Part shown: positions 49,773 to 59,998 of the stretch, piece after piece
Layout: each line of letters starts with the position of its first letter
How positions within the stretch are numbered: the first letter of the stretch is position 1
DNA from: a virus
Lineage: Duplodnaviria > Caudoviricetes
IMG/VR virus record: IMGVR_UViG_3300014204_000002
Span: 32,001-96,000 of that record
Length of the DNA stretch: 64,000 nt
Strand: one strand, 5' to 3'
The notes under the pieces: generated by a model
Databases searched by the model: none
Told to the model about the DNA's origin: nothing
Seen by the model: the letters and a program-made list of their open reading frames with translations, nothing else
Translations under genes and position numbers: made by a program

Positions 49773-50179
49773 GACTCAATGAGGGTCGGGCTCATGATGC
49801 CGTCAACCGGCGTTCCAAGGGCATTGATGTTCAGTGACAGATCATTGTTCAATGGCACTTGTGTGATATACGATAAACAATTATATGCCTGCATCAACAG
49901 CGTCTGAAGCAACATCGGGGCACTTTCCGGCAGTGTTCCAAGGCGTCTTTCTGAAAGCGTCGTGTAATTTTTGTAACTAATATAGGCACCAAGTCGAATG
50001 GTGCAACGTCGCACATATCGCATTTCGAGGTCGTCTGCCGCAATCATACACACGAAGTCCAATGCATCTTCTAAATCGTTGACGATTAATTCGTCGTCTA
50101 TAATATCGAATCCCGGATCGCCTATCGACTGCCTCACTGGTTTTGTCAGGCTATCTAAATTTAAATCGTAATCTGCCAT
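49769..50179 (-). CDS. Head-tail adaptor
   Basis: VR..IGD....I.DE.I...L pattern; position; start reassigned to 50179. Confidence 0.6.
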   Translation of the reverse strand: MADYDLNLDSLTKPVRQSIGDPGFDIIDDELIVNDLEDALDFVCMIAADDLEMRYVRRCTIRLGAYISYKNYTTLSERRLGTLPESAPMLLQTLLMQAYNCLSYITQVPLNNDLSLNINALGTPVDGIMSPTLIES

Positions 50180-50217
50180 GTAAAGCAATGGTGATTTACA
50201 GTATATAAAAAAGAGAG

Positions 50218-51399
50218 TTATGTATATTTGTGGATGATTTGCTTTGCTACAAAGTGTTTTCTATTCATATAAATCGTTGCATCAGTATAAAGCCACTTTA
50301 AAACTTTACCTGTGTTAAATCCTCCCTGAACCAATAATACATATGTGTTTTTATCGTTGTTTTTATCTTGTTTATGAATATGTACGGATGTATCAGGAAC
50401 ATGCTTTTCAATTATTTTTTTAATTCCTGTCATTGCTTCAAATGTGCCAACTATAGAAGCATTATGTTTATAATTTTGTGGTGAGTTTTCATTTCGTTTA
50501 TCTTTACGCTTGTAAATTGATACATGCCCATCACCATCAAACCAACCTCGTATACAATGTCTCTGAATATATTCAGGAGCATCAATTATTACTTGTGGAA
50601 ATTGCAATATAAGCGATTTTGCCGGAACCATTCCATATGAAACAAGTGTATCTTTCATGTGCTGACTGTACATGACTAAATTATATTGCGGTTTTGCATT
50701 TTCATAACCACTACTATCTTTTAAATATAACGGTCTATCATTTGAAACAAATGAATTTAATTGCTCCACAAGATAGCCATCATCTTCTTTTAGTGCGAGT
50801 GAAATTGATGGCTGATCTTTTGCTACATTTCCATCAGCATAAAGCATCCCGAGAAAATATGCCTTTTCTTCAGTGTCAATATTATCAAAGAAATCTTCAG
50901 TTATCTGATATTGATTTTCTTTAGTTGGGCGTGTAACTTCTCCATTTCTACGTAAGATACTAAGGATCGTTGTATCATCAACTTCATATAAATGACTAAG
51001 TTCTCGCATTGTAGCACCGTTTCTATACAATTTACATACTCTCGCTTCTAATCTATCTCCCAGTTTACGCTTTCCTCCAACTGGATCTATTTTAACATCA
51101 TTTTTATGCAGTGTTCTATTAATTAATCCATAATCAAGTCCGAGTATGGCTGCAGTTTTTTCCATAGATCGTGTTTCTTCATATGTCTTGATTACAAGAT
51201 CTACATCAATTGGTTTACATCCAGTATTGTTATTATACCACTCTCTACGTTTAATGCCAGAATTAACTACAATTGTTCGTGCAGTAGTCGATCCAATACC
51301 AAACATTTCACCAAGTTCTCTATATGATAAACCAGATATGTAATGCTCAACTAGTTGACTTTTCTGTTCATTGGTTAGTAATATACTTCCCATGATCAT
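50218..51399 (-). CDS. Free-standing LAGLIDADG homing endonuclease with N-terminal HTH repeats
   Basis: KAYFLGMLYADGNV and CIRGWFDGDG motifs. Confidence 0.9.
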   Translation of the reverse strand: MIMGSILLTNEQKSQLVEHYISGLSYRELGEMFGIGSTTARTIVVNSGIKRREWYNNNTGCKPIDVDLVIKTYEETRSMEKTAAILGLDYGLINRTLHKNDVKIDPVGGKRKLGDRLEARVCKLYRNGATMRELSHLYEVDDTTILSILRRNGEVTRPTKENQYQITEDFFDNIDTEEKAYFLGMLYADGNVAKDQPSISLALKEDDGYLVEQLNSFVSNDRPLYLKDSSGYENAKPQYNLVMYSQHMKDTLVSYGMVPAKSLILQFPQVIIDAPEYIQRHCIRGWFDGDGHVSIYKRKDKRNENSPQNYKHNASIVGTFEAMTGIKKIIEKHVPDTSVHIHKQDKNNDKNTYVLLVQGGFNTGKVLKWLYTDATIYMNRKHFVAKQIIHKYT

Positions 51400-51529
51400 A
51401 TATTGGCTATTAAACTATTTGTAATTTGTGGCATATAGAAAAATAGAATCAAAAACTATGTAAAACAGACAATTTTTAAAAATGAGAAAATTAGAGATAT
51501 TTTGTGGTATAATCAATTTTGTTAATTGA

Positions 51530-52462
51530 TCATGTGGAAACTGTGGAAATCTTCATTATTCTGTCATTTGTGGCCTGCTGAAGGTAGGATTGAGGTAACG
51601 TCTTTGTACAGTAATACTGAGTCACCATATATGCGTCTGATCCCTCGTCTGCATCACGAACCTGCTCGACGGTTGGAATTTTTCCGCCAGTGTAGTTGTA
51701 ATGAATTGCAGTCTGAGGGCCTTTAATAACACACAGAGCAGTGTTCTGATCATTAAGCTTCCGTGAACCCTTGAACGTAAATCCAAGTTTCTGAGTAAGC
51801 CACGAGTCAACTGCATCAGTGCGCAGACGTCCCATATTTCCACCAGAAGTCCCATTATCACGGAACATCTCAGGAAGCTTGAGCCGACCGAAGAGTTTCA
51901 GTGGGTAATACACAACAACGTCTTTCAGTTCGTTCTCGGTAACATTTGAGTTAGGCTTATCGAAGATTTCCTCAATGAGGTTTGCGATATCACCAACTAC
52001 ATCAGCCGCATTGTTATTCCACGGGGTTCCTGCTGCCTTGGTAGTTCCGGCACCATTCCAGAGTGCATTCAGAATATCGTTATCTCTGGCAATTGCCATA
52101 CCACGGGCGACAGCATCCATTGAATAGTTCCACTGGGTAGCCTCGTCGTTCCGAATACGGCTCTCATCATCGATCATGAGCTTAGACCGGTATTTGTTCA
52201 TTGAGAACCCGATATCGAAAAATCCTAATTTAGAATACTCCCCTGTAGCACCTTCGTTAATCTGATAGGTGGGCAGTGTGTGGTCTTTCGGGAATCTCAG
52301 GTGCTTGTCAAGAACATCGGTGTTCTCCATCACAACTGCGTCCATGAACTCAACGTATGAAAGAGTCTTGAACCACACGAGCTCGGCAATCATGTCTCTA
52401 CGAAGAGCGTCATAAGTCTGCCCGTCAGAGGTGTATATACCTGTATTATATGTCATATTCAT
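51530..52462 (-). CDS. Major capsid protein (HK97 fold)
   Basis: I.EGA, KY...MI.DE and A....D..IL.AL pattern; follows decoration and scaffold genes; GAGGTGA RBS. Confidence 0.8.
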   Translation of the reverse strand: MNMTYNTGIYTSDGQTYDALRRDMIAELVWFKTLSYVEFMDAVVMENTDVLDKHLRFPKDHTLPTYQINEGATGEYSKLGFFDIGFSMNKYRSKLMIDDESRIRNDEATQWNYSMDAVARGMAIARDNDILNALWNGAGTTKAAGTPWNNNAADVVGDIANLIEEIFDKPNSNVTENELKDVVVYYPLKLFGRLKLPEMFRDNGTSGGNMGRLRTDAVDSWLTQKLGFTFKGSRKLNDQNTALCVIKGPQTAIHYNYTGGKIPTVEQVRDADEGSDAYMVTQYYCTKTLPQSYLQQATNDRIMKISTVST

Positions 52463-52473
52463 TTTAATTCACC

Positions 52474-53037
52474 TCATACCTTCACGTAAGGCGTGTTTAT
52501 ACGGACCTTTACGAACTTTGCTCCTGCTGCGCCTAATGAGTTATCGGCTGCCAGTTCTGCGATACCAATGACCGTGTTGCCAGTCGTTGCGATAGATGCG
52601 AATCCACCAGTTGCTGCAGCGATTTCTGCATTCAGCGTGATGTTAATTCCTGCTGCAATCGGGACACCCACGAGCTGATCGGGAATCAGTGGCACGACAG
52701 TGACCGGCGTAAAGAGAATCTCGTCAGTTGCGAACCCGGATCCTGCTACATCGGCATCTAATGGGTAGAATGCAAGTGTGGCCCCGGTTAAATTACTGGT
52801 AATTGCAGTCGTCTTGAAGGACCAACCTTTTACTGCTGCTCCCGTGGCTGCGGGGACGGTAACAAGGTATCCATCTGCGCCAGAATCGTAATCTACGGCA
52901 GGCTTAAGGTCCATTAACAGACCGGCATACTTTACCTGATACGGACAGGCGTATGCAAAGTTACCTTCTCCAATGCGTCCACCATTTACGGTAGTTGAAG
53001 TAGTAACCCCTATTTTTCCTAATGCTGGATTAATCAT
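52474..53037 (-). CDS. Capsid decoration/cement protein
   Basis: Ala/Gly-rich, VIGIA..A...V.VRI; between scaffold and MCP. Confidence 0.65.
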   Translation of the reverse strand: MINPALGKIGVTTSTTVNGGRIGEGNFAYACPYQVKYAGLLMDLKPAVDYDSGADGYLVTVPAATGAAVKGWSFKTTAITSNLTGATLAFYPLDADVAGSGFATDEILFTPVTVVPLIPDQLVGVPIAAGINITLNAEIAAATGGFASIATTGNTVIGIAELAADNSLGAAGAKFVKVRINTPYVKV

Positions 53038-53074
53038 ATTTTTTACCTATTATGTACAGTTATATCACTGAGGA

Positions 53075-54253
53075 TCACTGTACTGGAATCCTCAGAGTTT
53101 TTGACAATCTTTCTGCTGTCTCTTGATCAAGTTGCATTTTGAGTGATTCTGCAAGACCAATGACCGTAGGTTTCGTTGATTGGTTCTTGCCTCCCTCAAC
53201 CCCGAGTGGTGTACTTTGTGGGGAGTTCATTGGCGTATTCTTGACAATTGCTACTTTGAGTGCGTCAAGAGTCTCAATCTTCAATTTAGTGTCTTTAATG
53301 TGAGCAACAAGTTTTTCAGGACTTTCCTGTCCGAGAGCGCGAAATTCTGCCAATTTAGCAGTATATGCGGCTTTCTCGTCCTTGTCGAGTTGTGCCTTGT
53401 AAGTTATGTTCTCTGCCTGCAGTTTGGTAAACTGGTCGAGCAGTTCCTTTGGAATATTTTCTGCTGGCTGTTCAGTCGATACCGGCTGCACCGTTGCTAA
53501 ATTATTAATAACGGATGGCTCTAAAGGCTGCGGAGTATTAGATTTTAATGCGGCGATTTCCTGCTGCATAGCCTCTAACTGCCCACCAATCTTGGTCGAA
53601 AATCCTTCGACTATCGACGCTGCAATATTTTTAGCAAAGTCCTGCGGATCAAATGCTGGCGTAGGAGTAGTCGGAGCGATCGGTGCAGTTGGCTGAACAA
53701 ATGTGTCTGTAGGAACCTGTGTTCCCTGTATATTTACGGTTGTTACGGGTTGTTCGTCAGGAACGGTCATAGAGTTTACCTCTGGGGCAGAAAATGCAAA
53801 CCGAGTCATGTTAACTTTAGTTTGCTGCATTGCTGGATTCGGGACAAAAGCAAGTTTCACAATCTTTCCACTGACAACTTTTCCAGAAGAGTCTTTTTCA
53901 AAATCAATGACTGGTGATATCGAATTGTAGCCCATAGCAATCGCATTTTTGACATTATCGGTATTAAACACGATTCCCTTATGGCCTATTCCAGTGTCGT
54001 TTTCAGCAAATTGCGTTGCGTGCCCAACTTCTTCCTGAAATCCATCCTCGTGCTTAATAACAAAAGGAATGGACTCGTCTATATTATTGAAAAGAAGTTT
54101 GGCGTCTTCCGGAGAGATATCTACTTTGTTTCCAGAATGTGAAATGAAGCTTCCAATTTCGAGGATGTTACCTTCTGTCTTGATTACATCCCCGACCTGT
54201 TTCCAGTTTGAAACATTGCTCGTGTTACTCGCATTGTTTAAATTTTCAGCCAT
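53075..54253 (-). CDS. Prohead protease/scaffold
   Basis: PF.I.H...VG, SISP, LAFVPNPA protease-like N-domain followed by a P/T-rich linker and coiled coil. Confidence 0.75.
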   Translation of the reverse strand: MAENLNNASNTSNVSNWKQVGDVIKTEGNILEIGSFISHSGNKVDISPEDAKLLFNNIDESIPFVIKHEDGFQEEVGHATQFAENDTGIGHKGIVFNTDNVKNAIAMGYNSISPVIDFEKDSSGKVVSGKIVKLAFVPNPAMQQTKVNMTRFAFSAPEVNSMTVPDEQPVTTVNIQGTQVPTDTFVQPTAPIAPTTPTPAFDPQDFAKNIAASIVEGFSTKIGGQLEAMQQEIAALKSNTPQPLEPSVINNLATVQPVSTEQPAENIPKELLDQFTKLQAENITYKAQLDKDEKAAYTAKLAEFRALGQESPEKLVAHIKDTKLKIETLDALKVAIVKNTPMNSPQSTPLGVEGGKNQSTKPTVIGLAESLKMQLDQETAERLSKTLRIPVQ

Positions 54254-54318
54254 CAGAAAACAAGTGCTGTTTTCCTACATATAAAGAAGTTCAATAAAAA
54301 GAGTTTACATAAAGTTGC

Positions 54319-55558
54319 CAAAGAATGCTCGTGACTTCAATCATGATAAGAATTTATAATATATGGAAAAGTATTAAATATTAAGCAGATCAATAATGTA
54401 CAGTGTCGCTTAAAGCCTATAAGTTTAGAATATATCCTACCAAGGCGCAAGAGACTGTGTTAGAACAGACTCTTGAAACTTGTCGTAGAGTATATAATAA
54501 AACTTTGGCTTTAAAAAGAGAAGTTTATGAAGCCACGAAGACCCACATCTCCCTGTTTGAAACCAATAAACAACTGACCCAATGGAAGAAGGAAGAACCA
54601 ATTTATCTAAAGAAAGTTCATTCTCAAGTACTGCAGAATGTACAAGTAAGAGTGGATCTATCATTTCAAGGATTTTTTCGAAGAGTTAAAATTGATTCCG
54701 CTAATGCCGGATACCCTATATTTAAGGCAAAAGGCAGGTATGATTCTATCACCTATCCTCAGCCCGGTTCAGCATTTAGATTGAGATCTGGTTGTATTGA
54801 ATTATCAAAGATCGGATCAGTTAAAATTAAACAACACCGAGCAATTGAAGGCAGCCCCAAAACTTGCATAGTTTTAAAAACATGTACTGGTAAGTGGTTT
54901 GTTTCAATCTGTTGCGAAGTTGAGAAGAAATCTAAACCAAAACGAGAGTTTAAAGCAATTGGAATTGATTTAGGTGTGAGAACACTTTGTGCCTTATCAA
55001 ATGGGGAAGAAGTCCTACCTCCAAGATTCTTAATGCAAGATGAAAAGATCCTTGCAAAAGCACAACGTAAGTTAAGTGCTGCTGAAAAAGGATCTAAAAT
55101 GAGAAAGAAGTGCAAGAAAGTAGTTGCGCATATTCATGAACGAATATCCAATAAACGTAAAGATTTCTGTGAGAAGTTAAGTCTATCTTTGGTTCAGACC
55201 TACTCTTTTATTGCATTTGAGGATCTGAAGATAAATGAAATGGTGCAAAGATCGGATTGCTATATCGAGAAACATATTCTAGATGCTGCATGGAACCAAT
55301 TAACAACCAGAACAATACGCAAAGCGGAAGATGCTGGTGCAAAAGTTGTGTTTGTTAATCCGTGTAATACTACTAAAATGTGTTCACAATGTGGAACGTT
55401 AGTACCAAAAGATAGAAGTGAAAAGGTACATAATTGTCCCGCGTGTGGTCTTTCCATAGGAAGAGATCATAATGCAGCAATCAATATACTCAGACTGGGG
55501 TTGCAGTCTGTGGGTTCAATCCCTATATGCCCGTCACTTTAGTGGTGAGAACAATCAC
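54319..55558 (+). mobile_element. IS200/IS605-family tnpB-only (IS1341-like) element
   Basis: Left-end hairpin GAATGCTCGTGACTTCAATCATGA; right-end hairpin TCACT-TT-AGTGG ending ...AATCAC at 55558; no tnpA; left boundary approximate. Confidence 0.75.
54403..55542 (+). CDS. tnpB: RNA-guided endonuclease TnpB
   Basis: KAYKFRIYPT HTH, IGIDLG / AFEDL / RDHNAA RuvC residues, CSQCG...CPACG Zn finger. Confidence 0.95.
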   Translation: MSLKAYKFRIYPTKAQETVLEQTLETCRRVYNKTLALKREVYEATKTHISLFETNKQLTQWKKEEPIYLKKVHSQVLQNVQVRVDLSFQGFFRRVKIDSANAGYPIFKAKGRYDSITYPQPGSAFRLRSGCIELSKIGSVKIKQHRAIEGSPKTCIVLKTCTGKWFVSICCEVEKKSKPKREFKAIGIDLGVRTLCALSNGEEVLPPRFLMQDEKILAKAQRKLSAAEKGSKMRKKCKKVVAHIHERISNKRKDFCEKLSLSLVQTYSFIAFEDLKINEMVQRSDCYIEKHILDAAWNQLTTRTIRKAEDAGAKVVFVNPCNTTKMCSQCGTLVPKDRSEKVHNCPACGLSIGRDHNAAINILRLGLQSVGSIPICPSL

Positions 55559-55566
55559 TTATGAGA

Positions 55567-57279
55567 TTATTCATATAATACAGACTTACTTACACTATCT
55601 CCCGAGTCAGTAGTTTGGGTGCCCGCAGATTTGGGTGTTGTGGGGCTGTTTACCTTCCCATCTGACCTGCCTCCTACAACGCCACCGAAATTAGCCTTTG
55701 TTTTCTCGATCTCCTGTTGTGCTTCAGTTTTAATTTTCTGCTGGTGTTCAAGGGACAATTCGTCAATTGAATGTACAATTTGGGTATTTCCACTAGTGAG
55801 AATTCCATCGTCCTTAATCTGCTGTTCGTTTAATGGCGCGAATCCAACTTCTTCTCTTATTTCGGTCGGTGTGAATGCCCCAATATCCTTCATTAACTGG
55901 GCAACTTTTAACTTTTCGAGCCGTGACGCCGCCAATTCGAAGTGAATCTTAACGTCTAGATGAGATACCGGGTAATCAGGATTAATCTGTAATAGTCGTT
56001 CCTTCATATTTTCAAGAATTACCTTGGAAATACGTTTTGCGATCTGCTCAACGCGCAGAGATGCCCCGGACGCAATAATCAACTCGCTTGCATACGACCC
56101 ATCGCTCTGACCCCTAATAACAGATGGTGGCATTCCGGCTCCATCCCAGATACTTCCGTCAATTTGCGCCAGTAATCCAGACGCATCCATATAAGAGTTT
56201 CCGGCATGTTCCAAGTTTTCAATTTTGACATTTGACGAAGTAACATGTTTTTGATCCGGCGCAAGAGTCTTTAGCCCTGCTGCATAACTCGAAATAAAAG
56301 ACCGTAGTGCTTTATCTGCCGCTTTACGTTTCTGCACTGGAGTTCCCGGAAACAATGCGACATTAAATGCATTCGCATCAATTATATGGTGCTCTCTGGG
56401 AACATTTGCCCATCTCCAAATCGTCTCAATGATATATACCTGCCGTTTCATCCAAATTGGAACAATGCAACGTTGTAATGGTGAGATTCCATAAATGCCG
56501 AAAGTCATCCGTTCACGATTATCAATGATATTCAGAGGCACATCTGACAATTTGAGGTGAATGAATTCGTCCTTTTCTAAAATCGTCTGTGTAGTAAAGA
56601 AATGTTCGTCAATTACAAGGAAGTTTTCATCGGTGATGATAGTATTTGGCGAAATAGCCCCGTCTATTCGAGCCTTGTCGTCTAATATAGTAATCCTGTT
56701 ATTTGGCAAGACTGTCAGGCTTAAATTGTCGTGCTTCTGTAAGTACAACTCGCCCTGTAAGTAAAGAATTGCGGCCCATGTCTCCATAATTGACGGAATA
56801 TCAATAAGACGCGAAATTTCGTTTGCGGTGTCCTTCATTTCATCGCGTAATCTTGATTTGCTAATGAGAGCACGTAGTTCTGGCTCTAATTGCCCGTCAT
56901 ATTCCTCGTTATTTAATTTTTCATAAATTTCGTCGGGAATAGAGTCAAGCATGGTATCACCAATCAACATAAAATAATTAAATGACGATCTCACCATTTC
57001 GGCAACTTTGTTTACTACTGCGGCAACTTCCGGTTCCCAGACATATAATTGCTCATAAATATCACGCTCGTTTAATTCTTCAAAATTAGATAAGCCGATG
57101 AGAAAGTTTGCAATAGATGACGTTATCTGCGTCGCGTTTGCTGCAGTTCCGTCTGCTGTATTGTGTTGTATTCCGGGGTCTTGAGATTTGTAACGATTAT
57201 ATGTTGCTGGCAATCCGACAGTTCTATTAAAGTTGTCAGCAGAAGAAAACATCTCGCGCACGCGATCCACTATTGTCAT
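55567..57279 (-). CDS. Portal protein
   Basis: Follows TerL; G..Y, YGISPL, GMP..V, FTPTEIRE..GF.PL. Confidence 0.85.
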   Translation of the reverse strand: MTIVDRVREMFSSADNFNRTVGLPATYNRYKSQDPGIQHNTADGTAANATQITSSIANFLIGLSNFEELNERDIYEQLYVWEPEVAAVVNKVAEMVRSSFNYFMLIGDTMLDSIPDEIYEKLNNEEYDGQLEPELRALISKSRLRDEMKDTANEISRLIDIPSIMETWAAILYLQGELYLQKHDNLSLTVLPNNRITILDDKARIDGAISPNTIITDENFLVIDEHFFTTQTILEKDEFIHLKLSDVPLNIIDNRERMTFGIYGISPLQRCIVPIWMKRQVYIIETIWRWANVPREHHIIDANAFNVALFPGTPVQKRKAADKALRSFISSYAAGLKTLAPDQKHVTSSNVKIENLEHAGNSYMDASGLLAQIDGSIWDGAGMPPSVIRGQSDGSYASELIIASGASLRVEQIAKRISKVILENMKERLLQINPDYPVSHLDVKIHFELAASRLEKLKVAQLMKDIGAFTPTEIREEVGFAPLNEQQIKDDGILTSGNTQIVHSIDELSLEHQQKIKTEAQQEIEKTKANFGGVVGGRSDGKVNSPTTPKSAGTQTTDSGDSVSKSVLYE

Positions 57280-57316
57280 ATGTTAACTAAAGTGGATTTA
57301 CAATATATAAAAAGAA

Positions 57317-57454
57317 TTAGTTTGTAAGATACATACAGATGGATTCTGCCCACATCTTGACCCTTACTTGTTCAGAAGGACTTATTTTATCGTAATCGGT
57401 ATTATTAGCATGGCAAATCATTTGTGCCACGCTCTCTATCTTAAGGTCGTCCAT
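57317..57454 (-). CDS. 45-aa hypothetical protein
   Basis: Open frame MDDLKIESVAQMIC...MYLTN between TerL and portal. Confidence 0.4.
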   Translation of the reverse strand: MDDLKIESVAQMICHANNTDYDKISPSEQVRVKMWAESICMYLTN

Positions 57455-57481
57455 TAATATTCCACTTTGATTTTCCTGTTA

Positions 57482-59998
57482 TTAAGCATAAAAATCCACA
57501 TAGTCATCATCTGCATTACAATAAACATCAAGGCCGGAATATGAATCAAATGTTGCAGCACATCCAATTGTTGTCATGCCTGAATAATCAACTGAATCAT
57601 CTGATTCAAGATACCAGATACAATTTGCCACGGTATCGGCACTATCCTTCGAATTATGCACGTAAATTCCGGCCATTAATGCAAAATTGCTCCATTTATC
57701 GACTTCCAGATCATAAACTGGCACCGGATTATCTAAAGTTATCTCCTTTTTGGATACAACGATTATATCAAGTCCTGATACGGGCATCAACTTATCTGAT
57801 CTTGCAAGATCTTTCACTTGTTTGTAATCGCCGTGTTTTAACATGAATGGATGATCTGGCGTGCAGGTAATAATGTTGCCGTTAGATAAGGTGACTTCGA
57901 GCAATTCTGTTACGTATTTTGTCAGGCGTGCCTTTGCTCTTCCGGATCTCAATTTTCCCTCGTCATTGCACGAGCACACCCAGACATGATCCATGTTGGT
58001 TAATGACTCGATTGGAACATATTGTCCGTCGAGCAATTTGACCTTTGTATCGCCAGTAAAGCAGCCATTCCACGGATGATCTACTTTCGCCTTTCCACCA
58101 GTCATAATTTTAATAAACAGGGCATTACATTCAGTTTCTAAATTGTCGTCGTATACTACGTTTAATTTGGTGTTGGATAGCCCTTCCTGTAATTCGCGCC
58201 ACCGATCGTAGTCTTCTTTTGCAACAATGTGTTTTACGATTTCGAGGCCAAGATCGCGCTCTACCGCTTCTAGAATTTCAGGATACATATGTACATCATA
58301 TAGGAAGGCGTATACATTAAGGTTCATACACGCATGTATAATAAAATTCTTGATATCTGATGGAAGCACGGTAGCATCTGTGTCTCCCATTTTTTCAAAT
58401 CGCTTAACTCCATCTATTATAACAGTGCCAACTTCTGTTGCTGGATTAATATGTTTATAACCAACTGATATACCAAAAGAATCGTTTTTATATGCAGGAT
58501 CAATTGACATTACACGAGGAATTGCCTTTATTTCCTTTTGCAACGTCTCGTAATTTGCGTCAAGCACGTTTAAAATCGTCTTATCGAGTTTAATGCCTTC
58601 TGGGAACTGCAATCCTGACGACATCTGCGGCTCATTTGCAAAATCACGGTAAAATCGCGCTCTGTCACCCTCACAAGTCTCTAATAAGTATTCTTGTGTA
58701 ACAGTCGGGTTAAATTCCCACGTTTTATACATGTAGGCTCTAGCAAGTCGATTACCTTCTTGCTTTTTGAACTGATTATGAAGAGCCATTTGGCGCCCAT
58801 TCTGTGATTTCAACGATGATAACACAATAATTTTACCGTCGCGCTTAAATGTTTCAGTTGAATTTGCCAATTTAGTAAAAACGGCCTCAGAATCTATCTG
58901 AGTATCGGAATCCGGGAAATAATCGTATTCATCAGCAATAAAACACTTATTTGTGTAACCTGCAAGAGTAGTAGCCTTGGCAGCCATAACCTGAGCCAAT
59001 ACATTTTTGCGAGGTTCTTCAATCTGATATGTATCAAAAACCAAATCAGGAAAATTAAGTTCAAACCATGGATTTCCTTCAATTAACGCTCGCATTGAGG
59101 CAAATACACCGTCTTTTGCCTGTTTCATTGAAGGGCATAAACAAGTAAGCGCAATAGTTGAACCTTTCCCGGATTTACCTGTCATTAACCCAAAATGTTT
59201 TGCCGGACTCGCCCATGAAATAACCTCAACAAGTTCATAAGCCATAATAGTCGCCGTAAGCGTCGTTTTTGACGAATTATGCACTAATATTCCGTTTGCG
59301 ATATAACAGTTTCCAGACGGAACATACAAATCATACATCTCACAAGTAAATTCTTCTTTATCCCATCCTCTGACTGTCGATTCATAAAATTCACCATTGT
59401 AACTATTATAGCAAGTAATTGAATCTCCAGAGTTAATCTCTGATAAAGGCACCCAAATATCATTTATTTTAAACTTGTGATCTTTTGAACAATATATTGT
59501 TACTCCATCTTCAAGTAGCATTTTACACTGACTTTTAAATCCCGTATAAAATACCATACCAACATTGACCCACCCAATAGGATTTTTAACATGAATCATC
59601 TCTCCTAAGTGAAATCTATTATATAAGTCTTCTATTGTAATTGTTCCATATTCCCAAGTTAGAATGCCTGTATCACCACGAAGGCATCTCTGGCCTAAAG
59701 TGAGACTTAATTTCTTGATTGGGAGCAATGATGGATCATATTTATGGCCGTAAAACTCCTGTATGATTTCTTTTTGTTTGGGCCACATTGAGCGAGGGGA
59801 GCCATCTTCTGCGGGGCCTGGAAATCCTAAAATGTCCTCGATGAAATAAATGGGATCAGATCTGATTCGCTCCATTTCGAACATGAAGTCGAGATAATCT
59901 ACACCATCAAGTGTTTCGCCATCAGATATTTGGTATTCACCTTCCGGGATGGCAAGACGACTATTCTTCTTCGGTCTTCCGGGAGGCATTATTACCAC
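57482..59998 (-). CDS. Terminase large subunit containing two mini-inteins
   Basis: WPKQ, GQR|SSKTT Walker A, IADE Walker B, SIDPA..D.FG nuclease, SKD.AD. Confidence 0.9.
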   Translation of the reverse strand: MVIMPPGRPKKNSRLAIPEGEYQISDGETLDGVDYLDFMFEMERIRSDPIYFIEDILGFPGPAEDGSPRSMWPKQKEIIQEFYGHKYDPSLLPIKKLSLTLGQRCLRGDTGILTWEYGTITIEDLYNRFHLGEMIHVKNPIGWVNVGMVFYTGFKSQCKMLLEDGVTIYCSKDHKFKINDIWVPLSEINSGDSITCYNSYNGEFYESTVRGWDKEEFTCEMYDLYVPSGNCYIANGILVHNSSKTTLTATIMAYELVEVISWASPAKHFGLMTGKSGKGSTIALTCLCPSMKQAKDGVFASMRALIEGNPWFELNFPDLVFDTYQIEEPRKNVLAQVMAAKATTLAGYTNKCFIADEYDYFPDSDTQIDSEAVFTKLANSTETFKRDGKIIVLSSLKSQNGRQMALHNQFKKQEGNRLARAYMYKTWEFNPTVTQEYLLETCEGDRARFYRDFANEPQMSSGLQFPEGIKLDKTILNVLDANYETLQKEIKAIPRVMSIDPAYKNDSFGISVGYKHINPATEVGTVIIDGVKRFEKMGDTDATVLPSDIKNFIIHACMNLNVYAFLYDVHMYPEILEAVERDLGLEIVKHIVAKEDYDRWRELQEGLSNTKLNVVYDDNLETECNALFIKIMTGGKAKVDHPWNGCFTGDTKVKLLDGQYVPIESLTNMDHVWVCSCNDEGKLRSGRAKARLTKYVTELLEVTLSNGNIITCTPDHPFMLKHGDYKQVKDLARSDKLMPVSGLDIIVVSKKEITLDNPVPVYDLEVDKWSNFALMAGIYVHNSKDSADTVANCIWYLESDDSVDYSGMTTIGCAATFDSYSGLDVYCNADDDYVDFYA
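57653..58063 (-). mobile_element. Mini-intein (137 aa) in the TerL nuclease domain
   Basis: CFTGDT...TPDHPF...VYDLEV...YVHN|S. Confidence 0.92.
59276..59686 (-). mobile_element. Mini-intein (137 aa) in the TerL Walker A motif
   Basis: CLRGDT...SKDHKF...MYDLYV...LVHN|S. Confidence 0.92.
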
